Of a stretch of DNA of 64,000 bases, positions 49,628 through 62,773 are shown in pieces. Each line of letters opens with the position of its first letter. Positions within the stretch are counted from its first letter, which is position 1. The notes below the pieces were generated by a model that did no database searches, had not been told where the DNA came from, and was given only the letters and a program-made list of their open reading frames with translations. The DNA is from Squalus acanthias (taxonomy: Eukaryota), in assembly GCA_030390025.1 (NCBI GenBank), contig CM059438.1, forward strand, positions 67,086,001 through 67,150,000, read 5' to 3'. A program made the position numbers and the translations under genes.

Positions 49628-50627
49628 CAAGAGTCTGATCTTCAAAACAAAATTACATTTTTGTCATGATTTGTTTAGGTTACTAAGATTTCTGATGAAG
49701 TTTCATAATCAGCAAAGAATATTCCCCAGTTGAAGCCACTCTCTGGCTTGTACTCTTGCTGCCCTTTGTCCTAAATTGAACTTGGCAGAAATTGGAGACC
49801 TCAGGCTAAGAGGCAGATAATTCAGTCTTGCAATCCCTTCCTATCTTGCTTCTGCTGATTTCACTTCCTCTGGCCAGAAATGACCATTTCTCAGCCTGTA
49901 TCTCAATCTCCTCTGCTACATTGTGCCCTCTGTTAGTTGTCTTTTGATCCTGCTTCAGTGAATGTACCCGTTCGACGGATGTTCCAATTAGCAGAGTGCC
50001 GAGTACTCTATTTGTAAAGTGGCTGCGTGACAGGGAACTGTGTATGACTAAACTCGAGAGTTTGATTGTTTCGTTCGAGTATCTTATAGGATTTCTAATG
50101 ACTTATTTAATAATGCTCATTCCTAGATCATGTCCAGAGCTTGCAATGTGTCTTGCACAATGACAGTGCAGCAATGACTTGTGAATGGAGATTGAGCAAT
50201 TGATAATAGGCATTACAATGAAAAATTACTCATTCAAACCTTCTAACCACAGTCTTTGAAATAATTAATTGGTTTTGATTGAAATGGCTGGATAAAGTGG
50301 AATTAAATAGGCGTTCATAAGTATTGAATACTTTTAACATTGCCCTCCTGAATTAGTTTGATCTGAATTTTGAAATATTTGATCATCTACTCAATGCCTT
50401 TTCGGCTTTGAAATTATTCTCACAACTTTGCCTACAATTAGAACTGCACTGTATTAATCTCGCTATTTAAAACAAATTCCTTTCATATGAGACAGTAATT
50501 TTATGTGTACTTCCTCTAAGCTGGTATACTGCATTCGCTGTACATACTGTAGTCACCTGTACGTTTATGAGACCACCTGCAGATTAGATACTTTGCCAAG
50601 CATCTCCGTTCTGTCTGCAAGTGTGAT

Positions 50628-53395
50628 CATAGAATCATAGCCTCCTACAGCACGGAAAGAGGCCATTCGGCCCATCATTCCTGCATGATTTATAATTACA
50701 TTGTGCCAATGACTCCAGTCACATCAGTAATAACCCGGTGAGATTTTGGATCTACCCACCCACTTCCCAGCTTTTTCCCCATAGCCCTTCAAAATAGTCC
50801 TCTTCAAGTACATGTCGAATTGCCCTTTGAAAGTTAATATGAAATCTGATTCCACCACACTTTCAGGTAAAGCGTTCCAGATCTTAACAAGCCTTCGTCT
50901 GAAGACATTTCTCCTCATTTCCCCTCTGGTTCTTTGGCCAATTATTTTAAATCTATGACCTCTGGTTACCAACTCACTAGCCAGAGGAAACAGTTTCTCC
51001 CTCCTCTTTGCTCTATCAAAACCCCTCATAATTTTGAATACCACTATTACATCTCCCCTTAAACTTCAATCCAAGCTTCTCCAATCTCTCCACATAACTG
51101 AACTTCCTCATGTCTGGTATCATCCTGGTAAACCTCCTCTGTACCCTCTCCAGGGCCTTGACATCCTTCCTAAAGTCTGGTGCCCAGAATTGTACACAAT
51201 ACTCCAGCTGGGGCTGAACCAATGATTTGTAAAGGTTTAGCATAACTTCCTTGATTTTGTATTTAAAGCCCCTGTTTACAAAGCCAGGTATCCCATATGC
51301 TTTCTTAACTGCTGTATCAACCTGCCCTGCCACCTTCAAGGATTTGTGACTATGCACTCCCAGGTCCCTCTGTTCCTTCACCCCCCTCAAAATAACACCA
51401 TTTACATTATACTGCCTCTCCATGTTGTTTCTCCCAAAATGAATCACTTCACACTTATCTGCATTAAATTGCATCCGCCATGTGTCTGCCCATTTCCTCA
51501 GTCTGCCTATGTCCTCCTGAAGTCTGTTGTTATCTGTTATCCTGTTCTCTATTTACTACGTTGCAAAGTTTTGTATCATCCGCAAACATCAAAATTGTAC
51601 TCCCTATACCCGAGTCCAGGTCATTTATATATAACAAGAAAAGTAATGGGGAAGAATTTGTGGTCGGTATGACGGCGCACTCTCAGAGTATGACGTCATA
51701 CCACCTTTGAAATTGACCGCAAGTTTGGGATTTGCTAAAACCCGAACTTGCGACCTGTCAAGTTCTGACTAGACAGATCATCCGCTGTGACTGTCAAATC
51801 CTCATTGCTGGTGAGTAGTTGGGCTATTTGCCCAGCAACTGCGCAGAAATTACACTGGAAATTTTTACAGCTGTTGCAAACAGGCTCGGGAGCCTGTTTG
51901 CACAGCGTAAGGGGAGGGGCGGATGCGAAAATTGTATAATAATTAAAAACAAACACTTAAAAGCACCGTATATCAACCTACCAGGCAGCTGCAAAGGCTC
52001 TGTTTGAGGGATGAGATGTTCTAATCTACTTTTTAATCTTGCAGAGTCTTCCAGTAAATAACAGTACTTACTCCAAAATATTCCCTGTGCTTTTTAAAGC
52101 CAAGTACTGTACTTGTCAAATAAATATTCACACCGCTTAATTTAAAAGTTGATTGATGTCGGGCATTGGAGATTTGATTCCTGATTGGCTAGTGAAAGGA
52201 GCACCGCCCCACGTGATCCCAGGTACGCTTGCGCACAACAGTGCGCCCCTGGGACCCATGGGCCACTACGCTGTGCACAACTCCGCAGCATTTCAAAGCA
52301 AGTTTTTGTTTAGGGCCTCGCGCCAGCTAAGTGCGGATTTCATTTGGAGGTTGGCAGTGTACTCCTTAGCTACGCCGCCGACTGCAATTTCAGGGCCAAT
52401 GGTCCTAATAATGACTCCTGGGGGACCCCACTGCATACTCTCATCTGCCATGTGTGAACCCATTCCACCAGCCTATCTATGTCTTCTTAAAGTCTATTAC
52501 TATCTTCCTCACTGTTTACTACATTTCTGAGTTTCGTGTCATGTGCAAACTTTGCAATTATGTCCTGTATACCCAAGTCCATGTCATTAGTGCCTATTTA
52601 AAAGAACAGTGGTCCTAATACCGACCCCTGGGAGACACCACTGCATACTTCCCTCCAGTCAGAAAAACATTCATCACCACTACTCTCTGCCTCCTATCCC
52701 TCAGTCAATTTTGTCCCTAAGTTACCACCATCCCTTTTATTCCATGTGCTTCCATTTTCCGAATAAATCTGTTATGCGATACTTTATCAAATGCCTTTTG
52801 AAATACCATATATGCGACAACTATTGCACTACCTTCATCAACCCTCTCTGTTACTTCATCAAAAAATTCAATCAGGTTAGTAAGACATGATTTGCCTTTA
52901 ACGGATCTGTGCTGGCTATCTCTTATTAACCCATGCTTCTCCAGGTGAGAATTAATTTTGTCCTTGGCAATGGTCTCCAGTGATTTTCCCACCACTGATG
53001 TTAGACTGATTGACCTGTAGTTACCAGGTTTATCCCTCTCGCCTTTTTTGAACAGGGTGGTAACATTTGCAATCCTCCAATCCTCTGACACCACGCCCAT
53101 ATCCAAGGAGCATTGAAAGTTTATGGTCAGAGCTTCTTTTATCTCCACCCTAGCTTCTCTCAGCAACCTAAGATGCATCCCATCTGGACCGGGTGACTTG
53201 TTAACTTTGAGTGATACCAACCTATTTAGCACCACCTTTCTATCTGTTTTTATCCTATCCAATATCACTACTCCCCTCTCCTCTATTGCAACATTCACTT
53301 CATCCTCTTTTGTGAAGACAGATGCAAAGTACTCTTTCAGTACCTCAATCATGCCCTCTGCCTCCACCAGAAGATATCCTTTTTTGTCCCTAATC
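50628..53395 (-). mobile_element. CR1 ORF2 fragments (at least two overlapping pieces) with a nested MITE
   Basis: ORFs 52717..53367 (KSPGPDG..PGNYRSISLTS..KAFDKV), 51016..51474 and 50724..51044. CATAGAAT tail. Confidence 0.9.
51648..52397. mobile_element. Harbinger-type MITE, family E
   Basis: Ends GGGGAAGAATTTG / CAATTTCAGGGCC, TSD AAT (51645-51647, 52398-52400). CR1 is contiguous across it. Confidence 0.75.
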
Positions 53396-54779
53396 AGCCC
53401 CCCCCCCCCCCCCCACCATTCCTTTAACTATCCTTTTACTTTTTATATGTTCCTGACCTGTCTATGGCTCATCATGTCAATTCTGCCTCTCATTCCCATT
53501 CTCACCACTGCACCTTTGGCCTCCTATACTGTTCCAAAAAAACTCAGTGCAAAATTTAGGAACAATGGCCCAGACTCTGCTGTAGTGGGGCATCTTGTGG
53601 TGTGCCGCAATAGTTAGATTTATTCCCTCACCCTTCAGGTCGAAAATGTTTTGCCCTGTAAGTTGCTGGATGTATGAGCCAGTAACAGCACAGGGAGGGC
53701 AATGGGGCATCTGGGATCTTGGTGAACGACAGGACCAACAGTGTATCCCCTTAACCAGTGAGATTTAAAGATTGAGAAAGAAACAGTAACAACAGAGAAG
53801 GAATTACAGTGAGTTAAAGTCAAATTAGGTACAGAATTAAAAATAGAGAGGGAAAGAAAGATTGGATTAAGAGAAAGAGAAAAAAAGAGACAGAAAGGAA
53901 AAGTAAGAATTTTTTTTTTCTAATTTTAAATTTTAAAAATCTCTAACAATAATGTATTACCTGTAGGAATGAGACTCCATGGTTTAAATTGTTCCCTTTC
54001 TGGGCTGGAGAGCTAGGCTGGAGAGGTTGAGTGGCATTGCAGGAACATAAATCTCCTCAATGAAAAGGTTGTTAGTTTAATGGGCAAGTAATATGCCAAT
54101 GTAGCAATTTCTTGAAACTCACAGGGAGGTTAAGGGCAAGCTGCCATTTTTGCGAGACTAAGGCAGAATGGTGCAAATCATGCAGTAACTTGCAGTGACA
54201 ATTCACGGTGTCTCTTCCTCGCTACAAGTTGCTGGACGCTTTACACATTAATAACGGCGAGCACCATTAAATGCAATTGTGGCAGCAAATAGCACATCAT
54301 TCTCCTAAACGTGGACCACATCTTCCTCATTTAATCGCCACGTTTCTGTTATGGATCTGCCACTTAATTTCTCTCCCTTTGTAGCCTTTCAACCCATTTC
54401 CAGATTGTAGCCTTTCAACCCATTTCCAGATCTTACTTAGTCATTTTCATGCATTTATTTTATTTTAATACCTTTTCACTGACTCACTGAATTATTTGTA
54501 TCATCTGCCAAATTTCCCTTCTTTCTACTCTTTTAATTGACCAATAAGAAGACGCTGGGTTGTAATCTACTCAATTAGACAATCATCGAACAAATGTTCC
54601 CCTTTTTAAAGGGGCATAACTAATAGAAAACTAAATCATAAAAACCAAAGGAAACTTATCAAATTAAATAAAAATATTATTTACACTGTCGACAATACCC
54701 TCCAGTCCCTGTGGTGCCCGTCGGTCGTGAAAGGCCTCAAGCGTACTGGCGTTCACTTTTTTTTTTAGCCTTTTAAACA

Positions 54780-55488
54780 CCTGCTTGTGGTCATTAAATC
54801 CTTTAATTGCACCGCTGATAGGAGTTAACAGGCAGTTAAGAGGCTTTTTCCAATTTTTCGACTGCTGCTGCGGGCTTCCCGACATCGGGAAACCCCGCCA
54901 GGGTTAGTGAGGCATGAAGTGGGTCTACTGTAATTTTTGTGTATAGATGACAGCTGCAGAAGTGGTTTAAATGATTCAATGGGAAACTGGTGAGTAACAG
55001 AGGTAAGAAAATGTTGTGAAAGTAATTTTTAATGTGGTTAGATATTCCTGCAGGTGACAAGCTGTGAAGTGTTTGTGTAGCCTCATCTCGTCGGAAGAAG
55101 TGATAGATGGCTTCTGCAATCTCAGCTGCAGCTGCCATCTGTTTTATCCTAAGGAGAGAGTAATTGGAGAGCCTGGATGCAAAGGCTCACCTTTGGACAG
55201 TGATTGTCAGTGTTTGACAGCACCTCAATGCTGTCAAACACTGACAATTCATCTGTAAAACAAGTATGGTGCATATGCCTTTTAAGAAAACCGTCAGATG
55301 AAGCGTCATCAACTGACGTCATCTGACACCGGCTTTCCCTTAATTGGCCGGCAAGCCCAGAGGGTGGGCTTAACAAGGCCAATCAGGGCAAAATAGCATC
55401 AGTTCGTCAGACGGCGCTGGGGGCGGGACTGGAACCTGAAAACCAGCAGTCCCGCCTCGAATATGGCCTGGAAGGTAAGATTCTGCCC
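54780..55488 (+). mobile_element. MITE family B relative (left boundary unclear)
   Basis: Shares GTTAACAGGCAGTTAAGAGG, the TGACAG hairpin (55203-55248) and the right end AAGATTCTGCCC. Confidence 0.7.
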
Positions 55489-56109
55489 GTTGTCTTTTCT
55501 CAGGCGCATTACAACCATTCTCAGTTGATGTTTTAATGTTTCTTCTCCTGTGGTAATTAAGCAAGCAGTGCTTATAAATTAGGCAACACTTAAGTAGATG
55601 AGCAAGCATTTAATAGCCTTTAAATAGACGTCTTAAACTTGTATATGTGTTGTGATGCTAACATCATTAACACTGCCGTCATAGGTGTTGAGAAGCTGTG
55701 GAGATTGTAAGATTTTCAGATTTCGACTGGGTCCAAAATCTCACCGGGTTATTACTGATGTGACTGGAGTAATTGGTCCAATATAATTATAAATCATGCA
55801 GCATTCTGTAACTTCTTAATGCCCTTTGTATGCTTGCATTGCTCACTTTATATCCAAAAGATAATTGTGTACAACTGGTCTGTGCAAAGAGGTGGGCCAA
55901 AAGTCACCCAAGGTTTCTGCTCTTGATTATCTTGTGGTGACTTTTGCTGGAAAGTGTGCATGAAGGAATGGCGAAGCTCAGCTGTAATGTTCTCTATGGT
56001 ATCATCTGCAAATCTGGCCACTCTGCATTGAGCTTCTGAATCCACGTTGTTAATGCTCCTGGTTGTCTCATTCTCCAACTCCAATCCCTGCTGCTTTAAA
56101 TTTTTGATA

Positions 56110-56540
56110 TTAATTCTCGGGATGTGGGCATAGCTGACAAGGCCAGCAATTATTGCTCATCCCTAGTTGCCCTGAGAAGTTAGTGGTGGGCCTTCTTCTT
56201 GAACCGCTGCTCGTGGTTTGATACAACTGAGTGGTTTGCTAGACCTCTTCAGAGGGCAATTAAGAGTAAACCATGTTGCTGTGGGACTGGAGTCACATGT
56301 ACACCAGACCAAGTAAGGATGGTCGATTTCCTTCCTCAAAGGTCATTAATTAACCTATTGGATGTTTGCGACAATCCAACAGCTTCATGGTCACTTTTAT
56401 TGTTGTCAGACTTTTTTTTCAATTGTCAGTTTTTTAAAAACTGAATTCAAATTCTCCAACTGCCGTGGTAGGATTTGAATTCACACTTTTTGGATTTTTA
56501 GTCCCGGACTCTGGATTACGGATCCAATAACATAACCACA
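56110..56540 (-). mobile_element. SINE (second family) with tRNA-like head and LINE-derived tail
   Basis: Minus-strand head GGTTATGTTATTGG..TAATCCAGAG..TTCAAATCCTACCACGGCAG. Tail homologous to 24205-24300. Confidence 0.65.
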
Positions 56541-56829
56541 ATGATTCCATGCCCCCTCCTACTATTCACTTGCCCTCAATAATCCCCAATGGAGGTCTGA
56601 GCTACAAGGGGAGTCTGAAGAAAATCCAGCTCTTGAGCCTTTAATGGAGGTGACTGACCTTATAGAAGTATATAAATGACTAAAACATGCAGAAAAAATA
56701 AATCCGGTAATATTTCAAGGTGAATATGATCGTAGAAGAGAGGGTATAGGTGCAAACTGGTAAAAGGCAAATTTGGATTGCTGTTGGGAAGAATTTCTTA
56801 ATCCAGAATTTAGCATTTAGAATAGACTT

Positions 56830-57792
56830 CTCAGTCGGCTTCCACGTGTATGCTGATGACACTCAGCTCTACCTCACCACCACCTCCCTCAACCCCTCCA
56901 CTGTCTCTGATTTGTCAGACTGCTTGTCCGACACCCAGTACAGGATGAGCAGAAATTTCCTCCAACTAAATATTGGGAAGACTGAAGCCATTATCTTCAG
57001 TCCTTGCCACAAACTCTGTTTCCAAGCCACCAACTCCATCCCTCTCTCTGGCAACTGTCTGAGGCTGAACAAGACTGTTCACAACCTTGGTGTCGTATTT
57101 GATCCCGAGGTGAGCTTCTGACCACATATCCGCTTCATCACCTCGTACCACCTGCGGAACATCGCCCGACTCCACCCCTGCCTCAGCTCATCTGCTGCTG
57201 AAACCCTCATCCATGCCTTTGTTGACCTCTAGACTTGACTATTCCAATGCTCTCCTGGCTGGCCTCCCATCTTCCACCCTTCATAAACTGGAGCTCATCT
57301 AAAACTCGGCTGCCCGTGTCCTATCTCGCACCAAGTCCCGTTCACCCATCACCCCTGTGCTCGCTGACCTATGTTGGCTCCCAGTCTGGCAATGCCTCAA
57401 TTTTAAAATTCACATCCTTGTTTTCAAATCCCTCCATGGCCTCACCCCTTCCTAACTCTGTAACCTCCTCCAGCCCTGCAAGCCTTCGAGACCTCTGCGC
57501 TCCTCCAATTTCGGCCTCTTGTGCATCCCTGATTTTAATCGCTCCACCATTGCCAGCCATACCTTCAGCTACCGAGGCCCTAAGCTCTGACATTCCCTCT
57601 CTAAACCTCTCTGCCTCTCTACCTCTCTCTTCCTTTAAGACACTCCTTAAAACCTAGCTCTTGGACCAAGATTTTGGTCATCTGTCCTAATATCTCCTTA
57701 TGTGGCTCGGTGTTAAATTTTGTTTGATAATGTGCCTGTGAAGTGCCTTGGGACGTTTTACTAGGTTAAAGGCGCTATATAAATGCAAGTTG
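56830..57792 (+). mobile_element. L2 LINE 3' fragment
   Basis: GFHVYADDTQLY, NFLQLNIGKTE, NLGVVFD, RLDYSNALLAGLP (decayed). L2-type tail. Confidence 0.92.
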
Positions 57793-59177
57793 ATGTGGAG
57801 GCGAAAACCTTTGTCATTCAAGAGCGAGCTGGATGTGGTCATAAGGTTCTGATGATTTTTCTGTCTGGACAAATGGGCTGAATGGCTTTCCTTATCTATG
57901 TTCATCTTCTGATTTTCACTTTTTTGAGTATGTTATATCTCTGTGAGCAAGCGGTGTGAAACTAACCACTCAGATGTACCTCACCGCCTCAAAGGGACAA
58001 TACTGACATACTAAGTATCACAGAGTCCTTTGGTGCCAATTGGAATTGATATCGTTTAGTATCTCTGGCATTTGATTGCAGTGTCAGGACACTGTTTGAA
58101 TTCTGCGGTTTAGTGTTTTGCTTTAACCTTTGTCCCCGTTGATTAAAATCCAGGGGCTTTAAGCGATTATCTCCTAGTAGGTAGTCGTCAGGATCTTCCT
58201 GCTTTGTGGTTATTGTGTGCATTTATTGAAGCCGAAAATCTTCCAGGGAGCAGTGCAGCTCTCCTTACACGCTTGCAAATGCGGACCATTCATGTAGCTT
58301 TTCAAAGGCAACAGTTGATATTCCTTCATGATGAAGATTAAACGGGTAGGAGGAGAGGACGGGAGGAAGGCCTTCCTAGTTTCAGGCTTGTTACTTTTTT
58401 TTTTACAATGTCCCAGTAACTCTTGAAATGACTGGTTCTCATTGACCCGGTTCCATTTGAGGATAACACACACACAGGTTCCATTGGAATTCAGTAATCG
58501 GTTCTACACAGTTATTCTATTTGTTGAGCGATGCGGACCCTCTTAAAAAAATAAAATAATTAGCATTAAAATAAAAGTAAATCCAATTCTTTTTATAACA
58601 TAATTAACAAATCATGAATATTCATGACCCTGGTATGATGATTAAATGGGATGTATCAGTAATACAAATGTATTTCAGTGGGAACATGGCTTCACTGAAA
58701 TTTATAACAGTTAGGCCGAGAAGATTTTTTTTTGGTGGGACATGGCTCGGACATCTCTTTGAGAGCCATTGATGTGGCAGATTGATGATTTGGAAAGTGT
58801 GTTTGGAAGAATAAACAAAGAAATAAAGTCCTTTAATTTATATAATACCTTTATGACATCTGACAAATAGCTGCGCTTCACATAGTGAACTGCTTTGGAA
58901 TACAGTGACTGTTGTTATGTAGGTGAACATGGGTAGCCATTTTGTACAAACAGCAATGAGAGAAATAATCTCATTTTTATGTTAATGGTAAAGGCAGAAA
59001 TATTGGACATTCAATCAGGGGAACTCCCTACTCCTCTCTCCATTGTGCTATATGCCCTATAACTTCCAGGAAAAGCACAAGAACAGTCTCAATACTATTC
59101 TTGTAAAACTAGTGGTTTCTTTTCTATTTTATTGAAACACAGTTCTATACACAAAATTGGCACCATTACACACAAGC

Positions 59178-59472
59178 ACATAAGGACATCAGAAATAGGA
59201 GCAGGAGTAGGCCATATGGCCGTTCGAGCCTGCTCCGCCATTCAATAAGATCATGGCTGATCTTCTCCCTCAAATCCACTTTCCCGCCTGATCCCCATAT
59301 CCTTTGATTCCCTTAGAGTCCAAAAATCTATCGATCTCAGCCTTGAATATACTCAACGACTGAGTATCCACAGCCCTCTGGGATAGAGAATTCCAAAGAT
59401 TCACAACCCTCTGAGTGAAGAAATTTCTCCTCATCTCAGTCCTAAAAGGCTGACCCCTTCTCCTGAGACTAT
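59178..59472 (-). mobile_element. CR1 3' fragment
   Basis: FRTEMRRNFFTQRVVNLWNSLSQRAV. Confidence 0.9.
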
Positions 59473-59927
59473 ACTCCTTATTTATAGAATCTTCAGCCCA
59501 TGAGGTCTGTTTCTGTTGCACTTGTTCCCTGGGAGATGGAGTCAGATTGTAGCAAGTGTGGTAGACATGTGTAGCTACAGGTCCCTCAGTCAATTGGTAT
59601 GTCGCTGTGCTCAGCATGGTTAGGACGATGATTGCATTTAATTACTGATGATCAGCAGTGGAATCTTAACATTAAGAACGGACCTTCCAGCCCAAATGGG
59701 CTCCTCCCACCCTACTGGAAACTGGTAGATAAAAGCCATGGTGTTATTTTGAGGAGTCAGAAAGCTGAGGTTCCAAAATGATCCACTGCATGTAAAATAT
59801 TCATAGCCAGGCACTCAGATATGCTTTAAATTATGCTATTTTTAACAAGAATACAAATTTAATTAATTAACTTATCTTCAACCAAGTGTTTCAAACTAAT
59901 TGACTTAAACATTTTGATTTGTTGCGC

Positions 59928-60101
59928 TAGTGTAAAACATGTGATGACGAATCGCAGCCCGTTTTACATCTCTCCCGATTTTTATTTCCAAAAGATAAAA
60001 AAAAAATTAAATCGGATCTTTTGGAAATAAAAATCAGGAGGGATGTAAAATGGGCTGCGGACTTTCTATCATTGTTTTACACTATCACATGTTTTACACT
60101 A
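59928..60101. repeat. Fold-back palindrome (hairpin element)
   Basis: 44-bp arms at 59953-59996 and 60016-60059 with 3 differences. Outer arms TAGTGTAAAACATGTGAT / ATCACATGTTTTACACTA. Confidence 0.9.
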
Positions 60102-61371
60102 TTGTACAATGTTGATATGTACCCCAATCTGTTATTGTGTCATGGAGAAATGGTGTTGCATTGCAGGATTTGATCAACAATCATTGTCAATGGATTTAAA
60201 CTGAAGAGTACGGCACCCCTGGGTGCCTCATATCCGCCGTAGGCAGTGCACTTTGAGAATTAGGATATCCGACTAAGCATCTTGTACCATTCAGCTGTGT
60301 GATTGAAACTTAAGACAAGATTCTCGACGTCCATGCAAAATCAATTATATCTTCTCACAGTGCTTCAAAATAACCCTTTACTCAAAGTTATCTGGATGTT
60401 TTTACAGTACTGTTATAAAAGTCAACAGCAAGCTAATCATGATGGAATCCTTCCCAAACTGAGAGAGAATAACATTATTCTGCTACTTAATACTTGAATG
60501 CCTCAGCATTATGTGGGCAACTATAAATAGATGTCACTACCAGCTCTAACTGAATCTCTTTGAGGTACAATAACTACAGAAATACTCATTCAAGCTGATT
60601 TTTTTTTTTTACTTGAAAAGCCTCCAGGTTTTAAAAACGGAGTCAATTCAGTCCTACCAAGTTATCATAAACATTTCTACTTGTGAAGGGACTTTGAATG
60701 CTGCCATCTCTAGCGAGTTATTTGGTCAATTTTGCTTTCAAGGTTATGAATCGTGTGCTGTGGCTGATCAGAATAGAAGATCTTGAATAGAACCGCCATG
60801 GTGAATGAACAGTTTCAAATGTCACTGTCAAAATCTCATCTCACATCCCTTGAAGTAAAACTTAGTTCCAGCAGATGTGATCAGTGACCGAATGATACGA
60901 GTGAGTCAGCAACCCAACATTTGTGCCCTGTTCTGTGAATGGTTATCTCCCATAGCAGTTTTAAATGTAAAACAGATATGTGTAGATACCATCTTTTTAT
61001 ATTACGTAATTAAAGCTCTGCTGCTTTAATTGTGCAATGTGCTTGTGGTCATTTGTCATTTTTGCATTCCGTGTGCACAATGCATACTTCAGCAGCTGCC
61101 AAATGATGCTCATTCACACCTATACAAATGCTGATCTGTTAATTGTCCTTCTAATTATTCATTTGCAGCTGCAGTCTAACCAGTGCAAATTACTTTAATT
61201 CTGCCATCATTTACATTATAGCAAATCTAAACCTGTATTTTACACCAAAAATACCCCTTTACTGTTGATGCGCAATACGAAGAGCCCATGTGTGAAATAC
61301 TAGTAAAAATTGCACTTAAGAAGAATGCGCTGACAATGCGTGAATGGAGCACTTCAATTGTCACTTTGTCA

Positions 61372-62773
61372 AATTCTTCTTCTTGCAGAGTTACAGGGTT
61401 TTAAATTAATGATGGGGGAGGGGTGGGAGGATTCAGGAAAGAGTAACTTTAAAAGCAGCGAGAGAAATGTCAAGGCTCGAGAGCAGTGCAAAGTTTTGGG
61501 TAAAGATAAGCAGAGTGGGTCAAGAAGGAACAGAGAGTAATAAAGGTAATAAGGCATCAGTGACTAAGGTGACATCAGGGAAAAATAGAAATAAGTCAAA
61601 GCTAAAAGCACTATATCTGAATGCGCGAAGCATTCACAACAAAATAGATGAATTAATAGCGCAGATAGAAATTAATAGGTTTGGTCTAATAGCCATTACG
61701 GAGACGTGGTTGCAATGTGGCTAAGGTTGGGAACTAAATGTTCCAGGATACTTAACTTTTAGGATTGGCAAAATGGAAAAGGAGAAAGGGTAGCGTTGAT
61801 AATAAAGGATGGGATAAAGACAGTAGAGAAAAAGGATCTTAGCTCCGAAAATCAAGAAGTAGAATCAGTTTGGGTGGAGCTAAGAAACAGCAAGGGGCTG
61901 AAAGCATTGGTGGGAGTTGTTTATTGGCCCCCAAACAGTAGTTGTAATGTAGGGCAGAGTATAAATCAGGAAATTAGAGGGGCATGTAACAAGGGTAATC
62001 AAGTAATCATGGGGGACTTTAATCTACATATAGACTGGGCAAAACAAATTTGCAGTAATAGTGTGGAGGATGAATTCATGGAATGTATGCAAGATAGTTT
62101 TCTAGATCAGTATGTTGAGGAACCAACTAGGGAGCAGGCTATTTTAGATCTAGTATTGTGCAACGAGAAAGTGTTAATTAATAACCTTGTAGTAAAGGGG
62201 CCCTTAGGGAAGAGTGACCATAATATGATAGAATTTTATATTGAGTTTGAAAGTGATTTCGTTAAATCCGAAACTAAGGTCTTAAATCTAAACAAAGCAA
62301 ACCACGTAGGTATGAGTGGCGAGTTGGCTAAGGTAGATTGGGAAACTACTTTAAAAAGTTGACGGTAGAGAAGCAATGGCTAGCATTTAAAGAATTAATA
62401 CATAATTTACCAAAAATATACATTCCTTTAAGGCACAAAAACCCCACAGGAAAAGTGGTCCAACCGTGGCTAACAAGAGAAGTTAAAGATAGTATTAGAT
62501 CAAAGGAAGAGGCTTATAATGTTGCCAAAAAGAGTAGTAAGCCTGAGGATTGGAAGGATTTTAGAATTCAGCAGAGGACTAAGAAATTGATAAAGAAAGG
62601 GAAAATAGAATGAGAGTAAACTAGCGAGAGACATAAAAACAGACTGTAAAAGCTTCTATAGGTATGTAAAAAGGAAAAGATTAGTGAAAGTAAATGTGGA
62701 TCCCTTACAGGCTGAGACAGGAGAAATTATAATGGGGAATAAGGAAATGGCAGAAAAATTAAACAGATACTTT
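61372..62773 (+). mobile_element. CR1 LINE ORF2 AP-endonuclease region, disrupted
   Basis: LYLNARSI, IAITETWL, GVVYWPP, IMGDFN, ILDLVL and LGKSDH motifs. Stop at 61722 and frameshifts. Interrupted by a Harbinger at 62774. Confidence 0.93.

Noticed and set aside
53567..54290. Additional Harbinger MITE
   Set aside because: The left end GGCCCAGA after AAT is suggestive, but I could not find a matching right TIR or TSD.
55848..56084. Novel 78-aa protein
   Set aside because: INNVDSEAQCRVARFADDT is a decayed CR1 RT motif.
58210..58473. Coding exon on the minus strand
   Set aside because: No recognisable motif or supporting splice signals.
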